A stretch of 64,000 nt of DNA, taken from positions 61,506,001-61,570,000 of the forward strand of contig NC_058382.1 of the NCBI RefSeq assembly GCF_018350175.1. The letters are read 5' to 3'. The stretch is from Felis catus (Eukaryota). The notes below the pieces were generated by a model. It did not search any database. It was not told where the DNA came from and saw nothing but the letters and a program-made list of their open reading frames with translations. How positions within the stretch are numbered: position 1 is the stretch's first letter; every line of letters starts with the position of its first letter. Made by a program: the position numbers and the translations under genes. This document shows positions 58,301 through 64,000 of the stretch, piece after piece.

Positions 58301-59458
58301 GACCTGAGCCGAAGTCAGACGCTTAACCGACTGAGCCACCCAGGTGCCCCTGAAGGACTCTTTCTTAACTGAATTGTGCTATAACAGTTAGACTACGTGC
58401 TTCTAGGGAAGTAGCTCCCAGTTGAATTTATAAGTAGAGTAAGACGCCAGTCAGGAATTTGTGACATGGAAGGTTCAGAAAGAAAGCGGACTGGCTGGAC
58501 ATTGTCGCCCCGACCTGAGGAGTGGCCGAAGGGCTGTGCCCGGCAGAGGCTGCCGGTCCTTAAAAGTCCAGCTGGAGCTGCTTCCAGCGTGGCGTCTTCT
58601 CAGGGGGGCACTCTCCAGCACACCCTGGAATCTTCCCTTGATGTGACCCCTTTGCACCCCTGCACAGCTCTCCTCAAGAGTGACCCTCCTCCCTGCTCGG
58701 CTCAACCAGCCGGGTCCTGAAGGGCCCACCGCCTCTGGACGCCATTCCCCGGGAGGCCTAAGCAGCCCTCACCGGTACCTCTGGGCGCCCACTGCCCACC
58801 CAGAGCTGAGCAGGAGTCTTGGTGGTCCAGCCCCGTGTCCCAGCTGGGGCTCGGGCTGCCTTCCTGTCCCTCCCCTCCCTCGGGGCCACTTTCTGACCTT
58901 CCTTCCTCCTCTTCCAGGCTGAGTCCCGTCAGCCACGGAAACACAATTGCCCTCTTCTTCCGGTCGCTGTTGCCCAACTACACCATGGAGGTACGTGGGC
59001 ACGTGTCGGCCGGGTGGGTTCAGGCAGGGCCACTGATTGTGCCCGGGTAGAGAGCCTTGCTGGAGCCAGCGACCGGCCTGCTTGGGAGGCTGGGACGTGC
59101 CCGCCTGACGATAACCACCACCTCGGCCCCTCCACCGGACGCGGCTCCCTGACCCCGTGCTGGGGCCTGGTCTTGTTAGACACGCGCGCTTGGGTCTGGG
59201 GGCTTCCTCTTCTCGACAGGGTCCTGGGCAGGCCGGGTTGGGAGCACTGGGCCTCAGGGCCCAGGACAACCCCTGCTCAGACGAGTCTCCTTGCCGCAGG
59301 GGGAGAGGCTGGAGGCTGGAGGGGCTGGGGGTCTGAACCACAACCAAGGCTTGAACAGGCTGATGCTGGCCGTGCGAGACATGATGGCCAACTTTCACTT
59401 CCACGACGTGGAGGCGGCTCGTGAGGACAACCCCGAGGGGGACGGGGAGTGGGACTAA
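35547..59458 (+). CDS. TCF25: Transcription factor 25 / ribosome quality control subunit (Rqc1 homologue), complete, 672 aa: join(35547..35738,42376..42525,43504..43578,44259..44377,44950..45015,48457..48539,49614..49744,50185..50284,51075..51168,52324..52416,52539..52644,53765..53924,55386..55473,56435..56593,56745..56835,57286..57365,58918..58990,59300..59458)
   Basis: Starts [24 protein letters not shown]; contains [56 protein letters not shown] and [14 protein letters not shown]; ends ...DGEWD*. All 17 introns are GT-AG; 2019 nt = 673 codons. Confidence 0.97.
37430..38245 (+). mobile_element. L2 LINE remnant
   Basis: Pyrimidine-rich; cgtctcaaacccagtgtgtccaa...gaagctttgtgggaacagagactttg...gtctggcgcccaggta...tgcatgaat. 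Confidence 0.6.
38300..38520. mobile_element. MIR SINE
   Basis: ggctttggagtcagaaggacctaggtttggatcccagc...agctgtga...gcttcagttttcct. Confidence 0.72.
38752..38809. mobile_element. MER2/Tigger-like terminal fragment
   Basis: gcatataagtggaccagcacatttcaaacctgtgttgttacagggttaactgta resembles a recalled Tigger-family end followed by TA. Confidence 0.55.
39040..39478 (-). mobile_element. Two tandem SINEC copies (about 39040-39274 and 39298-39478)
   Basis: Two tail, (GA)n and head units. Confidence 0.88.
39495..39975 (+). mobile_element. Old L1 (L1M type) 3' remnant
   Basis: aacccagtgattctacctctgcatacttacccaagaga...agacacaaaagaaggcatact...aagttctaagacaggca. Confidence 0.6.
40414..40738 (+). mobile_element. 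Short SINEC (about 40414-40520) followed by a SINEC (about 40526-40738)
   Basis: Two heads and tails. Confidence 0.85.
41299..41515 (+). mobile_element. SINEC with a (CAAA)n tail
   Basis: Head ggggtgcctggtggttcag. Confidence 0.87.
42376..42525 (+). CDS. TCF25: TCF25 exon 2 (150 nt)
   Basis: ttccag|[16 protein letters not shown]...AAPPEQ|gtgtg. Confidence 0.9.
43504..43578 (+). CDS. TCF25: TCF25 exon 3 (75 nt, Lys-rich NLS-like segment)
   Basis: tgttag|[25 protein letters not shown]|gtatg. Confidence 0.93.
44259..44377 (+). CDS. TCF25: TCF25 exon 4 (119 nt)
   Basis: ttttag|[16 protein letters not shown]...KKHILYVEH(R)|gttag. Confidence 0.94.
44950..45015 (+). CDS. TCF25: TCF25 exon 5 (66 nt)
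   Basis: ctctag|[21 protein letters not shown](R)|gtaag. Confidence 0.95.
46214..46463 (+). mobile_element. SINEC with expanded (CT)n, TSD aatgttcctctt
   Basis: Full element with TSD. Confidence 0.88.
47329..47547 (-). mobile_element. SINEC with TSD ctatgac(t/c)gtgctttt
   Basis: Full element with TSD. Confidence 0.9.
48457..48539 (+). CDS. TCF25: TCF25 exon 6 (83 nt)
   Basis: ccccag|[27 protein letters not shown]|gtgag. Confidence 0.95.
49614..49744 (+). CDS. TCF25: TCF25 exon 7 (131 nt)
   Basis: ccccag|[44 protein letters not shown]|gtgcg. Confidence 0.95.
50185..50284 (+). CDS. TCF25: TCF25 exon 8 (100 nt)
   Basis: tcgcag|[33 protein letters not shown]|gtaag. Confidence 0.95.
50400..50960 (-). 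mobile_element. Old L1 (L1MB-like) 3' remnant
   Basis: cagcggctttcttgaggta...ccccagcccctggccacc...atttgcctgttccggacatt...gtggaatc...tccatagtgtggatagacc. Confidence 0.65.
51075..51168 (+). CDS. TCF25: TCF25 exon 9 (94 nt)
   Basis: ctgcag|[31 protein letters not shown](R)|gtggg. Confidence 0.95.
52324..52416 (+). CDS. TCF25: TCF25 exon 10 (93 nt)
   Basis: acctag|[30 protein letters not shown](S)|gtggg. Confidence 0.95.
52539..52644 (+). CDS. TCF25: TCF25 exon 11 (106 nt)
   Basis: cggaag|[35 protein letters not shown]|gtagg. Confidence 0.93.
53765..53924 (+). CDS. TCF25: TCF25 exon 12 (160 nt)
   Basis: tttcag|[25 protein letters not shown]...QALTMFPG|gtggg. Confidence 0.95.
54113..54322 (-). 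mobile_element. SINEC with TSD gtgtggtattttct
   Basis: Full element with TSD. Confidence 0.9.
55386..55473 (+). CDS. TCF25: TCF25 exon 13 (88 nt)
   Basis: ctgcag|[29 protein letters not shown](S)|gtaaa. Confidence 0.94.
56014..56210 (-). mobile_element. SINEC
   Basis: Tail, (GA)n and reverse-complement head. Confidence 0.85.
56435..56593 (+). CDS. TCF25: TCF25 exon 14 (159 nt)
   Basis: ccgcag|[33 protein letters not shown]...VEACES(R)|gtggg. Confidence 0.94.
56745..56835 (+). CDS. TCF25: TCF25 exon 15 (91 nt)
   Basis: ccctag|[30 protein letters not shown]|gtaag. Confidence 0.95.
57286..57365 (+). CDS. TCF25: TCF25 exon 16 (80 nt)
   Basis: ttgaag|[26 protein letters not shown](R)|gtacc. 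Confidence 0.94.
58120..58350 (-). mobile_element. SINEC with TSD tgaagga
   Basis: Full element with TSD. Confidence 0.9.
58918..58990 (+). CDS. TCF25: TCF25 exon 17 (73 nt)
   Basis: ttccag|[24 protein letters not shown]|gtacg. Confidence 0.95.
59300..59458 (+). CDS. TCF25: TCF25 exon 18, coding part (159 nt)
   Basis: ccgcag|[55 protein letters not shown] at 59456-59458. Confidence 0.95.
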   Translation, partial: GERLEAGGAGGLNHNQGLNRLMLAVRDMMANFHFHDVEAAREDNPEGDGEWD

Positions 59459-60499
59459 GCCCGCGTAGATGCCGCACCCCAGCGCTGTACAATTATGTTC
59501 CCGATCGCTGTTCTGGTCGGAATTGGCCGGTTCCCTGGAGTAGAAATGCTGATGTGTTGTCCGCCTTCCTCCTTTGTGTCTCCTATAAATGTGAGTGGGT
59601 TACGCTGTGTGTGGCCTGGGCTCTTCTTTTCCGGGGCTGGGGTCAGTGCCCAGTGTGAGGCAGGTGGGTCCTGGATCCGCACAGCCCCCGAGGTTTCCCA
59701 GGAGAGAACATGACCCACGGTCACACACAGCCACGCCCAGGCTCCGTGTGAGCTCTCTCCGTTGCCACCCTGCCCCTCCACGATTTGGGGCACAGAGCAG
59801 AGACGAGGTCCCACAGGCTTCAGTGCAGCGTCCCTGCTGAGAACGCCCCGGTGTTTGACCCGACCCCCACCCCCACCCCTCCCCCGGGAACGTGGAACAG
59901 GCTGGCTGGGAGCCGTAGGGGCTGACACTGGAGTCCTTGGGCTGGGCTCCACAGGTGCAGAATCTGCTCACGCTGACAGAGTGGTTTTATTAGGACACTT
60001 CAGGGCAGCCCCGAGCTGGAGGGAGGCTGAGACGCAGGCTTTGGAAAGGCTGTCCTGGCCGCTCTGGAGAACGTCATGGCGGAGACTAGGGGGCATTTGA
60101 TTAGGGAGTGAGCACGGCATGGGGGAGGGCTCATCACCGGGGCGAGTCCTGGCCCTGGCCCGCCTGACAGCTTGCTACCAAATAGGGCTGCCTCTGACTC
60201 AGGAGCCTGACTGGCTGTGGAAGGGCCAAGGGCACTGAGCTGGGTGCTCTCGGCTGCTGGGTGCCCTCCCAGCCCTGATCCCCACCCTTGTAGGCAGCAG
60301 ACGAGGCGGGTGGGTGGGGTACGGCTGGCATGCTCTGGGTGGGCCAGGATCGGTGTCTTCTGAGCCCTGGTCCGGAGGCCTGCCTCCTAGGAAGTCCCTC
60401 TTCCTAGGAAGTGTTCTTCCTGGCCTCACTGTGCAGTCACCTGTTGGGGACATCCGTGAGGTTATCCTGTCAGGAGTTCCTAGCATCTGTGGGTGAACA

Positions 60500-61000
60500 G
60501 AAGCCTCTGCTTTGAACACCCCTGGCCAGGGCATGTGTCCCACAGATGTGTTGGTGTCTTCATTCCTTGTCCCCATAACTGGATTCGGTAGGTGGGATTG
60601 AGTGTGAGATCATCCCAGACTGTCCTGGACGCACAGGTCTCCTGTTAGGGTGTCCTGCGGTAAGCTTCAGCCTATAGGACAAGAGTCTACTGGGTTCCTC
60701 CACGAAGGCGTTTGTTCTCTGAAAATGACAGGCAAGCAAGGAGAACTTGGCACCCTGCCTCTTCCAGCCTTAAATACATCCAGATGGGGAGGTGATGTCC
60801 AGAGCTGCAGCAGCCATTTTGCAACCAGGAGTCGGTGACCTCCAAAATGAAGAGCCAGTGTCCTAGGGGTAGTGAAGCAGAGAGAGGCTGGCCCCAGCCC
60901 GTGATGAAACTGCTCACCGCTGGGCCTGCTGTCCTGAGAGACTAAAAGCTCATCAGTGCTCAGCCAGGCTGGTTGGGTTTAGGTTATTACTTGCAGTTCT
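60500..61000. mobile_element. Old MLT1-like LTR
   Basis: gatgtccagagctgcagcagccattttgcaacc...gaagcagagaga...ggttgggttt...gttattacttgcag match recalled old MLT1 motifs. Confidence 0.6.
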
Positions 61001-64000
61001 GTGTTTCTATTGGAGACAAGAAGACAGCCAGGTCTCACGTCTGAACATCCGCTCTAAGACTCGACCTGCCACCCCGTGTCCAGGTGAGCGTGAATCGGCT
61101 CCTCCCGGGGCTGATGCGTTGTGCCCTCTCCCACCAAGCCAGACCCTACCTCAGGGTCTCTGGCGCGGACACTGCAGGGTGGGCGCAGAAGCCATTCCCC
61201 TCCCTGAGTTCAAAGAACCCACTGTGACCCAGCCCTGAGCCAGGCCTTCCCGAGGTCCCCCCCCCACCCCCACCGTGTCCAGAGTCAGGGGGACCGGGCC
61301 GCACACCCCACATGTCTGCTTATGCGGCCGCGTCCCCCGGCTGGCCCTCGGGGGGTAACCTCTGTGAAGGAAGCAGGAGGACCCCTACCTCCTGCTGTGG
61401 CCACGGCTAGGCACAGGTATCCCACTGGACTTTGCACCCCAGCCCCCACACGGAGCTCCTCGACCCATCGAATGCTCGCGTGTTGTCGGCCTGCGTGCGC
61501 CTGGCACTGCGCTTGGTGCTGGGGACACGGCGACTGAGGGGTTCCTGCTCTTAACAGCCTCCTCACGTGTGGGTCAGGCACGTTGTCTCATGTTGACACG
61601 TGCTCTGAGGGGACAGTTGTGTCCACCACCTGTCCCCTGGCCGTCCCTCAGTTTCCCTTAGGGGCACCGGAGGTCGGAGTTGCTGTAAGAGGCCTTGGGG
61701 ATTATCTGTGATTTCCTTTAGACCCTTCCCCTCACAACCATAACTAATCACAACGCTGACTGTCTCCCTCCCGTGAAGTCCTCAACAGGCACATCAGAAC
61801 CAGATGGGGAGTCTCGAGGCCTCACCAGGAAGAAGACTGGTTGTCCGCCAGAGGCTGTCCAGTTCTCAGGCCCTTTGAAGTCTCAGGCCGGGGGTGGGTG
61901 GGGGTGGGGAGGGCGCGTCCATCTCAAAGGCCTCATTTGTGGAGCTGGAAATACTAACAGCCCTGAAGTGTGACGGCACAGAGGCGGGGGACAAGGCTGC
62001 TCCCATGACAGACTCTTGGTCGGTGCCCCCACATGTGGAGGGTGGTCAAGAAGCTGGTCCCTGGTGATGGACAGCCGCAGTGTGAGTCCTGGGACCACCC
62101 CCACTGGCCGTGGCACCACCCTGTGGTCCTGGGAGCCTTTGCTCCCTTTGGAGTTCTCCATCAGGCGGAGAGAGTGGGAGGTGGAGTCCACAGAAGGCAT
62201 AAAGCTGGGACGGGCCGGGGGGGGGGGGGGGTTGGTGTGTTCCATCATGTGCCTGGTTCCTGGGGGGTTTGGGCTTTTCGTCTTCTATGGTGGGGGTTGC
62301 TAGGCGTTGCCCCGCGGGAGCCCTTCCCTGTGTCCACCAGAAGATGGGACAGGAACGCCTGGCGGGTCTGGGGAGACGTCCAGGGTGCTCTGTACGCCAA
62401 GGACCGCTGCTCGCACCCGCATGGCTGTCTGAGCGCGAAGCAGAGGAAAGCAGGAAAGCACACGCAGAATTCACTGATGGTCATGGGGTGGCTCCCAGGG
62501 CAGGGGGGATGCCCCAGGGGTTCTGGTGCAGTTCATGTTTGATGGCTTGATCTGGGTGCTGCTTTCCTGGCTGTGTGGAGGTTGGGGCACCCACTCACCT
62601 GCACTTTTTATGATTTGTGTACTTCTCACGTATGAGGTACTTCAATAAAGAGCACAAACCAAAGGGGGTAAAGGAGCTTTGTGAGTTGTGTGATGAGTAA
62701 TACAAGCGGGTACTGACGTGTGGTTACACGTGTGGGCCCTGCCATCAGAGGCCACCTGGCTTCAATGGGAATGTGACAGATACGCTCCAAACACCGAGAC
62801 CTCCCTCCAGGTCCCCTCCTGGCCCCACCACCACCACAGAACGAGCCACTCCCCTTTCTCGCTCCGGATTTTCTCTGCCTGTCAACCAACAGTTCGATTC
62901 CCCTGCCCACCCTCGCCCTTTAGAGGAGAGATGGCAGTCTTCGAGATGGCAGTCTTCGGTGAGAAAGCGCTGGGAGCACTCTGGGGCGAGGTGCCCGCAG
63001 GCTGCGCGGTGGCTCGGGCAGCGCACCACGTGGTCGCAGACCGAGGTCTGCCCTTGAAGTGGTTTCTTCCGCAGAGGAAATGGGGGCCTGCCCCTCCCCC
63101 AGTGGAGGATGAGGCAGAGCAAAAGGCTGTTGTGACCAGGATGCCCTGCAGCAGGTCTCAGTGAAGGGGGTGGGGTTCATGGGGGCAGGGGCTACCCTTC
63201 GCATTTAACATGGGGGTGTTGCAGGCCGGGGGTGGTCAACAGCCAATGGCTGTTCCCAAGGCAGAGGGGTATCAGGTGGGTGTCAGGGATCAGAGATGGC
63301 TCCAGGAAGGAGGTGGTGTTTGCAGCGGGCCTGGAGGAGGGTTAGAAGTCTTGGGGTAGATTTAGAGGAGAACCCCCCCCCTCACCCGTCCCCGCGCCAC
63401 ACGCAAACAGATGCCGGGAACAGAGCCAGGCTGGGAGTGATGGTGGAGCACAGGTGACGGGAGATCCCCAGCCGAGCCCTGAAGGGGCCCTTGAAGGTCC
63501 AGGGCCCTTGGAGTGAGGACGGCCCTGGATGCCATTTGTGTTGCCTGGCAGCAGGCCGGGGTACCATGGGTGCTCTCTGATGGTGCGTCCAGGGTGCACG
63601 CCCATCATGTGGCCGCCCTCAGGAGGAGGGGCTCCGGGGACTTGGAAGAACCGGAGAAAGGCTTCATTCTTTCTGGGACCTCAGCCCACCCCGGGCCTGG
63701 GGAAGCAGGAGGCCTGGCCGGCCACGAGGCAGCAAGAGGCATAGAAAAACGTATGTCCGGACCCGAGCCACCGCACCTCCACGGAAGAGGTGGGGAGGTG
63801 GGCCGAGGGTCCAGAGAGACTAGAGGGTTGGTACAAGGGAGCTTGGGGTCCTGGCCGAGAAGTGACCGCTCTGGTGGGAGGCTGGGGTCTTTCCAGCTGC
63901 ATTGTGCCTGAGCTGACATTTGTCCGGACGGGGAGAGGGTGACTGCGAGGGCGGCCCCGGGGGGACCGATGAAGCCTGCTGGAAGCACCACTGCTGAGCA

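Noticed and set aside
61700..64000. MC1R coding sequence or another gene at the window end
   Set aside because: No ORF with seven transmembrane segments or GPCR motifs; MC1R would lie beyond the window.

Overview
Mammalian genomic DNA from a felid, most likely cat, judged from about 38 tRNA-derived carnivore SINEs of the feline SINEC_Fc type. The window holds two + strand multi-exon genes. (1) SPIRE2, an actin nucleator: exons 2-15 reconstructed from 9944 to the stop at 31463 (1910 coding nt), with a polyA signal at 32264; exon 1 lies upstream of the window. (2) TCF25, the Rqc1 homologue of ribosome quality control: CpG-island promoter and 18 coding exons from 35547 to 59458 (2019 nt, 672 aa). 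All exon phases join in frame. The remainder is intron or intergenic DNA with SINEC, MIR, L1, L2, MLT1 and MER repeats. By recalled synteny (SPIRE2-TCF25-MC1R-TUBB3), the last ~4.5 kb should lie upstream of MC1R, whose CDS is not in the window. I found no convincing new biological system. The best leads concern RNA processing: a GC-AG intron, two stop-free in-frame SPIRE2 introns, an in-frame cryptic donor, a candidate TCF25 poison exon, an in-frame upstream ATG, inverted young SINE pairs, and SINE target-site reuse. Exon numbers follow the recalled human gene structure. Repeat boundaries and family names are by eye and approximate.
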